The position numbers were made by a program, and so were the translations under genes. Below, one piece after another: positions 28,258-38,352 of a stretch of 55,223 nt of DNA. This DNA comes from a virus. Lineage: Duplodnaviria; Caudoviricetes. The notes beneath the pieces are model-generated. The model did not search any database. It was given only the letters and a program-made list of their open reading frames with translations, and had not been told where the DNA came from. Each line of letters opens with the position of its first letter. Position 1 is the stretch's first letter. Where the stretch lies: positions 1 through 55,223 of IMG/VR virus record IMGVR_UViG_3300042868_005645; one strand, written 5' to 3'.

Positions 28258-28578
28258 ATGGCCACAACAGCAGAACGACTTGGTATTGTAGAAACCAAAG
28301 TAATAAACCTAGATGAAAAGATCGATGATATCAAACTAGATATCAAAGATGTGCATGACTGTCTAGACCGCACGGGCGATACTCTAAAAACACAGTTACA
28401 ACTCATGCACACTGAGTCATGTAAACAACACAACGAACTATCCTGCAAAATTGCTGACCTAGAAAAAAGCAAAAACAAGATGATGCAGTATGGATTAGTA
28501 GCCATGGCCTTTGCCGCAGGCGCCGGCTGGATCGGCAATACAAATCTAGCAAACCTTCTTAAATTCATCGGTTTATAA
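28258..28578 (+). CDS. coiled-coil protein with C-terminal membrane anchor
   Basis: Heptad pattern followed by a hydrophobic tail. Confidence 0.7.
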   Translation: MATTAERLGIVETKVINLDEKIDDIKLDIKDVHDCLDRTGDTLKTQLQLMHTESCKQHNELSCKIADLEKSKNKMMQYGLVAMAFAAGAGWIGNTNLANLLKFIGL

Positions 28579-28596
28579 TCCTCAACTAAATACAGT

Positions 28597-29325
28597 ATGC
28601 TAATCAACGAGTTTACTGTAGAATCTCCCACCGAGTTTAGTCTAAACACGGCTGTGGTATTTCATAAAGAACTAAACCCTAAAATATTCTCTAATGAGAG
28701 AATGAATCCCGACATACGTCAAGGCTTGCTAAAAATAGCAGATCACTTTCAAGAATTTATTGGTGTCAAGTTAGATATTGTGGACATCACAGTCAGCGGA
28801 TCTAATGCGGCTTTCAGTTATACAGAATACAGCGATTTAGATCTACACCTAGTAGTACAAGTTCCCAACACTGCGGAGTACAAGGAACTACTTGATGCCA
28901 AGAAAAATGTATATAATGCTAGACATGACATCAAAGTAAAAGGCATAGATGTTGAACTATATGCACAAGATGTAGATCAAGAACATCACAGCCTGGGAAT
29001 TTACAGTGTGCTTAAAAACACATGGGTGAGTAGACCAGAGCGAGTAAGTGTTGAGATTGACAGCGGTGATGTCAAAGATAAGTATAAAAATTACAGAGAT
29101 AGACTTGCAGTTGTACTAGGCAATGACGAACTAGAAGTAGCAACAGCGACCTGGGACGACCTTAAAAGAATGCGTAAAGCAGGACTAGAAAAATCTGGCG
29201 AATTCAGCACAGAAAATATAGTTTATAAAATGCTTCGCAATCAAAAATGGATCGAACGTTTACAGGATCATATCTCTAATTTACAAGATCAAGAACTAAG
29301 TATCGAACAGAGGACAATGCAATGA
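28597..29325 (+). CDS. Pol-beta-superfamily nucleotidyltransferase-like protein
   Basis: SGSNA...SDLDLH (GS-x-DxD) and a further acidic strand DVELY. Confidence 0.7.
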   Translation: MLINEFTVESPTEFSLNTAVVFHKELNPKIFSNERMNPDIRQGLLKIADHFQEFIGVKLDIVDITVSGSNAAFSYTEYSDLDLHLVVQVPNTAEYKELLDAKKNVYNARHDIKVKGIDVELYAQDVDQEHHSLGIYSVLKNTWVSRPERVSVEIDSGDVKDKYKNYRDRLAVVLGNDELEVATATWDDLKRMRKAGLEKSGEFSTENIVYKMLRNQKWIERLQDHISNLQDQELSIEQRTMQ

Positions 29326-29540
29326 GAATTGACGAACTAACCATGCCAGGGCTTGCACCTCCAGCCACAGGAGCGGCCCCAACTCCTCAGGATGCGCAAA
29401 AAGGAATAAGCCCTCAGCAACAACTAGCACAAGTTCAAAAAGAAAAGATGGCTAGGAAAAAGCAGATAAATGATCAGATAGCCATGATGATGAAACAGAT
29501 AGCCGATTTGAGAAAACAGTTAATGGACATCGGACGATGA
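29322..29540 (+). CDS. hypothetical protein
   Basis: Coupled; MRIDEL N-terminus. Confidence 0.65.
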   Translation: MRIDELTMPGLAPPATGAAPTPQDAQKGISPQQQLAQVQKEKMARKKQINDQIAMMMKQIADLRKQLMDIGR

Positions 29541-29737
29541 GATTAAACGAACTGGTCAGAACTATTCCCACTTGGCTCAGCAACGAAGAGCAACAGGTTC
29601 TTGATAGAATCAAAGGACTAGAACCAGCATCTATATTTTCGGAAAGAGAACAACAGATTATTGAAAACCTAGTCCGTAAAAGTCTAGTCATTGCTGTTAC
29701 AGACAAAGGAAACACTTATCTATACCCAAATGCTTAA
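29537..29737 (+). CDS. hypothetical protein
   Basis: Coupled; MRLNEL N-terminus. Confidence 0.65.
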   Translation: MRLNELVRTIPTWLSNEEQQVLDRIKGLEPASIFSEREQQIIENLVRKSLVIAVTDKGNTYLYPNA

Positions 29738-30173
29738 CTTAAAAGAAACTGCCAGCGAATTAGAAGGCATGTTGAGAGATATTGCCCTTAAATCAGGCAT
29801 CTTTGTTCCAATCACCAAAGACTTAATTAGATACAAAAAGTATTCAGTTATCAAATTAGAAGATGGGTCTTGGGCTGTGTTCCACACTGATCCCAAGAAG
29901 CGACACATTGCAACAACATTTTTAAAAGTCAGTGCATTTGCTGTGTGTAAAATGCACGAAAAACGCTTGTCAGGGCGTATTCGAGAAATTGAAAAACATG
30001 ACGGTATTTTTGAAAAAAACTATGCCGATAGTTTGATATATAAACAAACATACAGAAAAACCACAGACAATGTACGAAAAGATACAGCATTATGGCGTTA
30101 TGAAATCGCCCATGCAAACGCCAAGCAGGCCAAGCAAGCCATAGACAGTGTGTTCTATGCGTCGATTACATAA
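29730..30173 (+). CDS. hypothetical protein
   Basis: ORF in an operon. Confidence 0.7.
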   Translation: MLNLKETASELEGMLRDIALKSGIFVPITKDLIRYKKYSVIKLEDGSWAVFHTDPKKRHIATTFLKVSAFAVCKMHEKRLSGRIREIEKHDGIFEKNYADSLIYKQTYRKTTDNVRKDTALWRYEIAHANAKQAKQAIDSVFYASIT

Positions 30174-30201
30174 ATATAATATCAACTCCTAGGAAGAGAT
30201 C

Positions 30202-31095
30202 ATGCGAATTACAGAATTTCACAAACCAATAACAGCACACGCACTAAATGAAAGTGCAGAAAAAACCTTCGGGCAAAAACTAAACTTAGAAAGTTTTAGC
30301 ATGGAACAGTTAGAAGATGCACGTAACAAGTTACGTACAAAACTCTACCAATTTGAAAACACAGAAGGCTTTAATGCTGTGCATGAAAATGATTCATATG
30401 CTAAGAACAAACTATTTTTAGATGTTCTAAATCAAGAGATTGTAGAACGCGAAGCAAGCATCAACGAAAGTTCATTCACAGCAATGGAACAGTTGGTGCT
30501 GGATAAAGTAGAAGAAGGCATCATTGACTTTGAATCTCTACCAGAAGAATTACAGGCCAAGGTAAGACAAGTTCACGAAAACCAGTCAACAGACGAAGAC
30601 ATGTTGGCCGAAGGCGAAGAAGAAAAAGCAGAATTCATTATGTCTGCACGTGACATGGCTGATCGTATCACAGGTTGGATGGAAGACACAGCCAACATGC
30701 AGGCTGAAAATATGTTAAAACTAGTAGACGCGATACGCGATGAATTAGGCGCGGACACTGCCATGGAGTTTGAAAGCATTATCAAGCCAGCCCTAGCAAC
30801 TGTCTATACAGCATTAGAAAGTTCACGTCAACAATTAAATCAAGGTGTTGGTTTGTTAACAGGAGAAGGCGGCGCTGAAGACATGATGGGTGCAGACCCT
30901 AGCATGGACATTGGCGCAGAAGAAATGCCGGACGATCAAGGCATGACTCCTGATGATTTAGATGCAGAACCCACTGACGAGTTTGGAGCAGCCGCTCCGG
31001 CAGCAGGCGGTGATGAAGTAGCAGGTCGTGCCAAGCGTGAGTCAATTGACTACAGCCGCAGACTAGCCAGCATCCTAGCACCAAAAAAAAAGTAA
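30202..31095 (+). CDS. acidic helical protein, putative prohead core/scaffold-like
   Basis: E/D-rich; late motif and SD; ends in a slippery A-run. Confidence 0.65.
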   Translation: MRITEFHKPITAHALNESAEKTFGQKLNLESFSMEQLEDARNKLRTKLYQFENTEGFNAVHENDSYAKNKLFLDVLNQEIVEREASINESSFTAMEQLVLDKVEEGIIDFESLPEELQAKVRQVHENQSTDEDMLAEGEEEKAEFIMSARDMADRITGWMEDTANMQAENMLKLVDAIRDELGADTAMEFESIIKPALATVYTALESSRQQLNQGVGLLTGEGGAEDMMGADPSMDIGAEEMPDDQGMTPDDLDAEPTDEFGAAAPAAGGDEVAGRAKRESIDYSRRLASILAPKKK

Positions 31096-31427
31096 CAGAG
31101 TCTGAACAAAAACTTAATCTAGTATTAAAGCAACTCATCGGCAGGGCAGATCAAAAAGGTCGTCCTGCCGTTTTCACCTGGGACGAGTTAAACAAGTTCA
31201 TGCAAAACATGGGCATGGAAGATTTCAGTTATGATTCTTTCAAACTAGCCTATGACAACGATTCAGTGATCCAATCACTGACAAACAACTTTGATCAAAA
31301 CGGTGTTGAACTACAGACCAAAGCACAGAACGATGAAAAACGTCGTGCTGTAGAAAAAGAAAAAGGCGCTAACGTTGTTAGTCAAATGGCAAAAAGCGCC
31401 ACCAAACGAGCCATGGCAGATAGTTGA
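31092..31427 (+). CDS. -1 frame extension of 30202..31095 (or a separate 75-aa gene from ATG 31200)
   Basis: -1 frame is open from 31050 to 31427 with no ATG/GTG/TTG before 31200; A_AAA_AAG at 31086-31092. Confidence 0.6.
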   Translation, partial: VTESEQKLNLVLKQLIGRADQKGRPAVFTWDELNKFMQNMGMEDFSYDSFKLAYDNDSVIQSLTNNFDQNGVELQTKAQNDEKRRAVEKEKGANVVSQMAKSATKRAMADS

Positions 31428-31452
31428 CAGTTAAGTAATAAACTGTTATAAT
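31424..31452 (+). promoter_or_regulatory. sigma70-type promoter
   Basis: TTGACA-17-TATAAT, 5 nt before ATG 31458. Confidence 0.8.
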
Positions 31453-31457
31453 AAGCC

Positions 31458-32144
31458 ATGACTCTATTACAACAAAGATATACTTACGCCAAATTATCAA
31501 GAGATGAATCGCAGGGCAAGAGGCTTTATGCTTGTCCTGACGGTTCTAAAGTCCCTAGTGTGACCACCATACTAGATAAAACTAAACCCGCTGAATCCCG
31601 TCTTGCACTAGCCAATTGGAAAAAAGCCGTTGGCGAAGTTAAAGCACAGGAAATTGTCACAGAAGCAGCCAGTCGCGGAACTAGGATGCACACCTACTTG
31701 GAAAACTACATCAAAGGTGAGCCTCTCAAAGAAACTGTAACTAACCCATATGCCCAACAAAGTCTAGACATGGCTAAGATTGTGGTTGCGCAGGGATTTC
31801 CCAAGATCAAGGAAGTATGGGGTAGTGAAGTACCTTTGTACTTTCCAGAATTGTACGCAGGAACCACAGACTGTGTGGGCATACATGATGGCGATGAAAG
31901 TATCCTGGACTTTAAACAAACCAACAAGCCTAAGAAACTAGAGTGGATTGACGACTACTTTCTGCAACTCACAGCCTACGCCCTAGCACACAACGAAATA
32001 CACGGCACCAACATTCGCAAGGGTGTTATTCTAATGTGTAGCAAAGACTATGCATATCAAGAGTTTATCCTAGAACCCAAGGACTTTGACTATTGGACAA
32101 ATCGATGGTGCGACAGGGTTAGTGAATACTACAGACTAGCATAA
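31458..32144 (+). CDS. PD-(D/E)XK exonuclease (Cas4/RecB-like phage exonuclease)
   Basis: PSVTTIL, RGTRMH, AGTTDC, ILDFKQT and QLTAYA motifs. Confidence 0.85.
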   Translation: MTLLQQRYTYAKLSRDESQGKRLYACPDGSKVPSVTTILDKTKPAESRLALANWKKAVGEVKAQEIVTEAASRGTRMHTYLENYIKGEPLKETVTNPYAQQSLDMAKIVVAQGFPKIKEVWGSEVPLYFPELYAGTTDCVGIHDGDESILDFKQTNKPKKLEWIDDYFLQLTAYALAHNEIHGTNIRKGVILMCSKDYAYQEFILEPKDFDYWTNRWCDRVSEYYRLA

Positions 32145-32174
32145 CTGATAAATATCCTATATAGAGGATATAAC

Positions 32175-33884
32175 ATGGCAGTCGTTCAAATTTCGCGCAT
32201 TCAGGTGCGCCGTGGCAGAAGTAACAGCGGAACAGGAATTCCACAACTGGCATCAGGCGAATTCGGCTGGGCAGTTGATGACCAAGCATTATACATTGGA
32301 AACGGTTCTGTTAGCGAAGGTGCACCTGCTGTAGGAAACACACGTATTCTTACAGAAAATACCAACATCTTTGATCTAGTTGAGCAGTATCAATACAAAC
32401 GTAGCGATGCTAGTTATATTACAGGAGAAAGTGTTCCTGTACAACGTACATTGCAACAACGACTAGACGACCAAGTATCAGTTAGATCATTTGGTGCCTT
32501 GGGCGACGGCACTACTGATGACAGAGATGCTATACAGCGAGCCATCGATGCTGTTTATATCGACTACACCGCAGAAAGTATTGTAGATCCTCAACCTAAA
32601 CGCAGAGTTGAATTAATAGTTGAAGCAGGCAACTACTTGGTATCTGGTCCTATCTACATCTATCCTTTTATAACATTAAAAGGTGCTGGCAAAGACAAAA
32701 CAGTAATACGTGCCGATGGAGAATTTTCTGCGGCCATTGCAATATGCGATCCCTACAAGACAGATCCATTAAACGATGCTACATTAATCAAATACGAAAC
32801 TGACGTAAATCAATACAGTGCCGCAAACGAAACTGGCAAAACACAACCACGATACATCAACATCACAGGTGTGACATTTGAATCATTGGCAGAAAACAAA
32901 CCCGTATTCATTGCCAATGCCATGCGTAACAGTGTATTCACAGATGTTAAGTTCAAGTCAACTTTTGAAATTGGTACTTCACTAACAGGCGACGTTGATT
33001 TTAATATTGGACTAGAGTTAGTGGCCAAGTCAGTGTCAGTTACTTGCCAAAACAATATCTTCGATAATTGCGAATTTGAAAATTGTGCCTATGGTATTGA
33101 TTCTACTTATGATATTCAACAAAACACATTCCGCAGTTGTATCTTTACTAATCTAGGCATTGGTGCATATCTAGGTTGGGATGTTGTAGTAGGTGTTACT
33201 GATCCAGAAATTGGTTCAGGTCGACAAGTTGGTCCACGTTGGACAAGGTTTGAAAAATGTAGATTCCAAGATATTGATCGACAAGGTCTATACATCGGCC
33301 GCGGCGTTGGTAACGTCAGCAGTTATAACTCTTACATCAAAGTAGGTAATGACGGCGGCGGTTCGACTGGTGGAGTAGGCACTGGATTAAAATATCCAGT
33401 CATTGAATTTGAATTTGACACCAACGTTTCAGAAAATGATTATTTCGAACGTGCCTATGACTTATCTCCAGCATCAAGCATAGCATTTAGAGACACTGCC
33501 TACGTTAGTGAAATCGCTGGCAGTGCCATAGCCAATCAAAAATATTTTCCTCCTAAGAGTATCACAGGCACTTCAGAATCGATTTTACTAAAACTACCAG
33601 GCAGTCAAGATGCAGTGTACAGAATCAATTACTATTATGTATGTCCTCTACTAGAGTTTATGAGAAGAGGTACAATTACAGTATTGGCTGATTTGTCCAA
33701 TGACCGTGTTCATGTTACTGATGATTTTGATGTAACTGGTAGCAATCTAAGTCAAGGAGAAAACTTGACCTTCACAGCAGACTTTGCCGACTCTGACTCC
33801 AATGGCACTAAAGATTCAATCCTATTGAATTACTCCTCAAATCAAAATGGAACTTTGAAATATTGGTATGATATCCAAAGTTAA
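32175..33884 (+). CDS. tail fibre/spike-like virion protein with beta-helix (pectate-lyase-like) domain
   Basis: IQVRRG...LASGEFGW N-terminus; SVRSFGALGDGTTDDRDAIQRAID. Confidence 0.75.
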   Translation: MAVVQISRIQVRRGRSNSGTGIPQLASGEFGWAVDDQALYIGNGSVSEGAPAVGNTRILTENTNIFDLVEQYQYKRSDASYITGESVPVQRTLQQRLDDQVSVRSFGALGDGTTDDRDAIQRAIDAVYIDYTAESIVDPQPKRRVELIVEAGNYLVSGPIYIYPFITLKGAGKDKTVIRADGEFSAAIAICDPYKTDPLNDATLIKYETDVNQYSAANETGKTQPRYINITGVTFESLAENKPVFIANAMRNSVFTDVKFKSTFEIGTSLTGDVDFNIGLELVAKSVSVTCQNNIFDNCEFENCAYGIDSTYDIQQNTFRSCIFTNLGIGAYLGWDVVVGVTDPEIGSGRQVGPRWTRFEKCRFQDIDRQGLYIGRGVGNVSSYNSYIKVGNDGGGSTGGVGTGLKYPVIEFEFDTNVSENDYFERAYDLSPASSIAFRDTAYVSEIAGSAIANQKYFPPKSITGTSESILLKLPGSQDAVYRINYYYVCPLLEFMRRGTITVLADLSNDRVHVTDDFDVTGSNLSQGENLTFTADFADSDSNGTKDSILLNYSSNQNGTLKYWYDIQS

Positions 33885-34025
33885 TCATTGACTTTTAATC
33901 TGCGCACTGTATAATATAAAATGTTCACTTTATGAATTGCGTTAAATTCATACATACAAAATATTCTACAAAAGATAAGTGTCAATAAATAACGCATTAA
34001 AACAAGAATACACAGGGAGTAACGG

Positions 34026-36350
34026 ATGACAAAAAGCATTATGATCGTCAAAAGGGACGGTCGTAGAGAACCACTCACCATTGAAAAATGGCAGGCACAA
34101 GTGGCTAAAGTGTGCAGTGGTATTGCGGATGTAAGTCAATCGATGATTGAAATCAAAGCACAGCCACATTTTTATGACGGAATGACTACAAAAGAGATAG
34201 ACGAGGTTACACTTAGGGCTATTGCAGATTTGATCGATGTGGAAAATAATCCAGATGTCGGACATGTCAATTATCAATATGTAGCAGGCAAACAAAAACT
34301 TAGTATGTTACGCAAAGATGTTTATGGAGACTATGAGCCTCCGCATCTTTATGAAATTGTAAAGAAGAATGTGGCCACAGGTCTTTACACTAGCGAACTA
34401 CTCACATGGTACACTGAAGAAGACTGGAATCGAATGAATGACATGATTGATCATGCCAAGGATGAAGAGTATGGATACGCCAGCATCGAGCAGTTAATTG
34501 AAAAATATTTGGTACGCAATCGTGCGACAAAGGAAATTTATGAAACTCCACAGGTTAGATACATGGTTGCGGCAGCGACTGTGTTCCATAGAGAAGAACC
34601 GAATAGTGCGAGGATGCGTTACATTAAAGAATATTATACGGCAGCATCCGATGGTTTGTTTACTCTTGCTACACCTGTGTTGGCTGGCCTCGGCACTCCT
34701 ACTAAACAGTTTTCTAGTTGTGTGCTTATCCGCAGTGACGACGATCTGGATAGCATATTTGCTTCTGGAGAGATGATGGCCAAGTATGCCAGCAAACGTG
34801 CTGGCATTGGTTTGGAGATTGGCAGATTACGTCCTTTGGGTTCGCCTATTAGAGGCGGTGAAATCATGCATACAGGTATGATTCCATTCTTAAAGAAGTG
34901 GTTTGGTGACCTGCGTAGTTGTAGTCAAGGAGGTATTCGTAATGCTAGTGCTACTGTGTTTTACCCTATTTGGCATCATCAATTTGATGATCTTATTGTA
35001 CTCAAGAACAATCAAGGGACTGAAGAGACCCGAGTTCGACACATGGATTATGGAGTCGTATTGTCAGCATTCTTCTGGAGACGATTTAAAAACAAAGAAA
35101 ACATAACTTTCTTTGATCCTAACGAAGTTCCTGACTTATACGAAGCATTTTACAAAGATACTAAACTATTTGAAGAACTGTACGTAAAATATGAACGCCA
35201 GCCCAATCTTCGCAAGAAGACTATGAGTGCTGAAGAAGTATTCAAGAGTGGTATTCTTAAAGAGCGCACTGATACAGGCCGTATCTATCTAGTGTTTATT
35301 GACAACGTGATGAATCAAGGACCGTTTGATCCTGAGTATCACACCATTTATCAGAGTAACCTTTGCTGTGAAATTCTTTTACCTACTAAGTCTTTTAAGC
35401 GCCTCGATGATGCTGATGGGCGCATCGCTTTATGCACTCTTGGTTCTATTAATTGGGGAGCCTTCCGTAATCCTGAAGATATGCGCAGGGCTTGTCGCAT
35501 TCTACATAGAAGCCTCAATAATATATTGGACTATCAAGATTTCTTATCAATTCAATCGAAGTTAAGCAATGACGAAATTCGTCCGCTAGGCATTGGTGTT
35601 ACCAATCTAGCCTATTGGCACGCCAAACGTGGACTACGCTACGGCGAAAAAGATGCACTACAAGATGTTAAGACTTGGATGGAACATCAGGCCTACTACT
35701 TAACTGAAGCCACAGTAGAGTTAGCCAAGGAACGTGGTAAGTGTGACCATAGTGACAAGACACGCTATGGACAAGGAGAGTTTCCTTGGGAACTACGTGC
35801 TGTTGGCTCCAATGACCTAGCAGACTTTACACCTGAATTAGATTGGGAAACCTTGCGTGGAGATATGCTGGAACACGGTGTACGCAATGCTACACAAATG
35901 GCCATTGCTCCTGTAGAAAGTAGCAGTGTAGTTATCAACAGTACTAATGGCATTGAAATGCCAATGAGTTTAATCAGTGTTAAAGAAAGTAAAGCAGGAT
36001 CGTTTGTACAAGTTGTGCCTGAGTATCATAAGTTGAAGAACAAGTATCAACTAATGTGGGAACAGAAAGACTGTGACGGCTATTTGAAAACTGCCGCAGT
36101 GTTACAAGTCTATGTTGATCAGAGTATCAGTACTAATACATTCTATAATCCGGCGCACTTTGCGGATCGTAAAGTTCCAACAACATTGATTGCTAAGAAT
36201 TTAATGAACTTTTTATACTGGGGTGGGAAAACATTCTACTACAGTTTAATCAACAAAGCAGGATCCCGTGCTAAAGATGATGTTCTGCAAGTTGCCCAAC
36301 AGTATGTTGAAGTTGATATAGAAGAAGACTGCGAGGCTTGTAAATTATAA
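34026..36350 (+). CDS. nrdA: class Ia ribonucleotide reductase alpha subunit
   Basis: ATP cone (VKRDG), QFSSC, SQGGIR, SNLCCEI and C-terminal CEACKL. Confidence 0.97.
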   Translation: MTKSIMIVKRDGRREPLTIEKWQAQVAKVCSGIADVSQSMIEIKAQPHFYDGMTTKEIDEVTLRAIADLIDVENNPDVGHVNYQYVAGKQKLSMLRKDVYGDYEPPHLYEIVKKNVATGLYTSELLTWYTEEDWNRMNDMIDHAKDEEYGYASIEQLIEKYLVRNRATKEIYETPQVRYMVAAATVFHREEPNSARMRYIKEYYTAASDGLFTLATPVLAGLGTPTKQFSSCVLIRSDDDLDSIFASGEMMAKYASKRAGIGLEIGRLRPLGSPIRGGEIMHTGMIPFLKKWFGDLRSCSQGGIRNASATVFYPIWHHQFDDLIVLKNNQGTEETRVRHMDYGVVLSAFFWRRFKNKENITFFDPNEVPDLYEAFYKDTKLFEELYVKYERQPNLRKKTMSAEEVFKSGILKERTDTGRIYLVFIDNVMNQGPFDPEYHTIYQSNLCCEILLPTKSFKRLDDADGRIALCTLGSINWGAFRNPEDMRRACRILHRSLNNILDYQDFLSIQSKLSNDEIRPLGIGVTNLAYWHAKRGLRYGEKDALQDVKTWMEHQAYYLTEATVELAKERGKCDHSDKTRYGQGEFPWELRAVGSNDLADFTPELDWETLRGDMLEHGVRNATQMAIAPVESSSVVINSTNGIEMPMSLISVKESKAGSFVQVVPEYHKLKNKYQLMWEQKDCDGYLKTAAVLQVYVDQSISTNTFYNPAHFADRKVPTTLIAKNLMNFLYWGGKTFYYSLINKAGSRAKDDVLQVAQQYVEVDIEEDCEACKL

Positions 36351-37009
36351 TGTTAGAAACTTGTTGCGATATACTAGTAGACGCTTATAAGCGCAATTGG
36401 ATCACCAGTAGAGATGGTAACATTTCTATTCGTCATCACGACCGTGATCACTTTTATGTAACTCCTAGCGGTGTTCGTAAACAGAACATGCAACCAGAGA
36501 TGTTTAAGAAGATTAAAATCTGGAGAAGCATTAACAGTGGAGTTGGCAGTGGTGCTTTTAACTATAATTGGGAAGTCATTGAACAAACAGACTTATCAGG
36601 CAACTTGGAACCTAGTGGTGAAATGCCTTTGCATTTTGGACTACAGAAAGAATTAGGACAGCATAAAGACGATGTGCGTGTAGTTGTACACGTTCATCCA
36701 ACTTACTGTATTGCGGCCATGCATGCCGGCATTGACCTAGCAACTGTCAGTGATTCGTTTCCAGAATTAAATCGTTATACCAAAGTAGCACACAATGTGG
36801 GAGATGTTGCTCCCATAAGTGAAGAACTAGGCGAAGCGTGTCATCGCAACTTAGGTCTGGATCGCGAAGGCAACATCAAGTTTGACATAGTAGGTATCAA
36901 AGGACACGGTGTAGTGGCCATTGGCAACACTCCGTGGCGTGCCTATGAGCACATAGAAAGATTAGAACACATTTGCAAGATAGTACTTGCATCAGGAAAA
37001 TATAAATGA
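36350..37009 (+). CDS. class II aldolase/adducin family protein
   Basis: DGNIS, TPSG, PSGE...H, HVHP and GHG motifs. Confidence 0.88.
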   Translation: MLETCCDILVDAYKRNWITSRDGNISIRHHDRDHFYVTPSGVRKQNMQPEMFKKIKIWRSINSGVGSGAFNYNWEVIEQTDLSGNLEPSGEMPLHFGLQKELGQHKDDVRVVVHVHPTYCIAAMHAGIDLATVSDSFPELNRYTKVAHNVGDVAPISEELGEACHRNLGLDREGNIKFDIVGIKGHGVVAIGNTPWRAYEHIERLEHICKIVLASGKYK

Positions 37010-38106
37010 GTCAAGCACAATATAACTTACACACAAAAACAGATTATCTCAATCGCAAGATGTTTCTGGATCCAGCAGGTCCAGTTACTATTCAACGCTT
37101 TGAAGAAGTCAAGTACAACAAGATTTCAGACTTTGAAAAAACTGCTAGAGGATTCTTTTGGGTACCCGAAGAGATTAGTCTAACCAAAGACGCCAACGAT
37201 TTTAAGGAAGCCAGCGATGCTGTCAAACATATCTTCACTAGTAACTTGCTTAGGCAAACTGCTCTTGACAGTCTGCAAGGCCGCGGCCCAAGTCAAATCT
37301 TTACTCCGGTCATAAGTCTTCCAGAACTAGAAGCACTGGTCTACAACTGGACATTCTTTGAAACAAACATTCACAGTCGCAGTTACAGTCATATCATTCG
37401 CAACATCTACAACGTACCAAAAGAAATATTTGCAACTATTCATGATACAAAAGAAATTGTTGAAATGGCAAGTAGCGTGGGCAAATACTATGATGACCTG
37501 CATATGATCAACTGCCGAAAAGAAGCCGGCGAGAAGATCAATGAGTACACACATGTCAAGGCAATCTGGTTGGCATTGAACGCTAGTTATGCACTAGAAG
37601 CACTACGCTTTATGGTTAGTTTTGCCACAAGTTTGGCCATGGTAGAGAACAAGATCTTTATTGGCAACGGCAACATCATTAGTTTGATTCTGCAAGATGA
37701 ACTACTACACAAGGGTTGGACTGCTTTCCTAATCAACCAAGTGGTCAAAGAAGATTCTAGATTTGCACAAGCCAAGGCCGACTGTGAAGCAGAAGTGTAT
37801 CAACTATATAAAGATGTGATTAGAGAAGAAAAAGAGTGGGCCGAATATTTGTTTAAAAAGGGACCTGTGATTGGACTTAATGCTCCTATCCTTTCTGACT
37901 TTGTTGACTATACTGCAACAGGTGCATTGAAAGAAATAGGCATCAAGTATCAAGCCACTGCTCCTAAATCAACTCCGATCCCGTGGTTCAACAAGCATAC
38001 AGATACCAGTAAGAAGCAAACAGCCTTACAGGAAAATGAAAGTACAAATTATGTAATTGGAGTGATGAGCGATGCCATCGACTACGAAGAATTACCAAGT
38101 TTATAA
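37006..38106 (+). CDS. nrdB: ribonucleotide reductase beta subunit
   Basis: FFWVPEE, LDSLQ, ETNIHSRSY and DELLH motifs. Confidence 0.96.
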   Translation: MSQAQYNLHTKTDYLNRKMFLDPAGPVTIQRFEEVKYNKISDFEKTARGFFWVPEEISLTKDANDFKEASDAVKHIFTSNLLRQTALDSLQGRGPSQIFTPVISLPELEALVYNWTFFETNIHSRSYSHIIRNIYNVPKEIFATIHDTKEIVEMASSVGKYYDDLHMINCRKEAGEKINEYTHVKAIWLALNASYALEALRFMVSFATSLAMVENKIFIGNGNIISLILQDELLHKGWTAFLINQVVKEDSRFAQAKADCEAEVYQLYKDVIREEKEWAEYLFKKGPVIGLNAPILSDFVDYTATGALKEIGIKYQATAPKSTPIPWFNKHTDTSKKQTALQENESTNYVIGVMSDAIDYEELPSL

Positions 38107-38118
38107 TTAAGGAAAGAA

Positions 38119-38352
38119 ATGAAAGCAACAGTATGGTCAAAGTACAATTGCCCTTATTGCGATCAAGCAAAGGCATTGTTAAAACAAAAAGGTATACCTT
38201 TTGAAGAAAAGAAAATCGGCGACGGGTATACTAAAGAAGAGTTGTTGGAAGCAGTACCCTCAGCACGTACAGTTCCTCAAATCTTCTTAGGTGACGAACT
38301 TGTCGGCGGGTTCACAGAACTGCGAGCAAGACTAACAGAGGCAAAACAATGA
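38119..38352 (+). CDS. glutaredoxin
   Basis: CPYC, TVPQIF and GG motifs. Confidence 0.93.
   Translation: MKATVWSKYNCPYCDQAKALLKQKGIPFEEKKIGDGYTKEELLEAVPSARTVPQIFLGDELVGGFTELRARLTEAKQ

Noticed and set aside
34026-38106. Introns or inteins in nrdA/nrdB
   Set aside because: Both ORFs are continuous and of normal length
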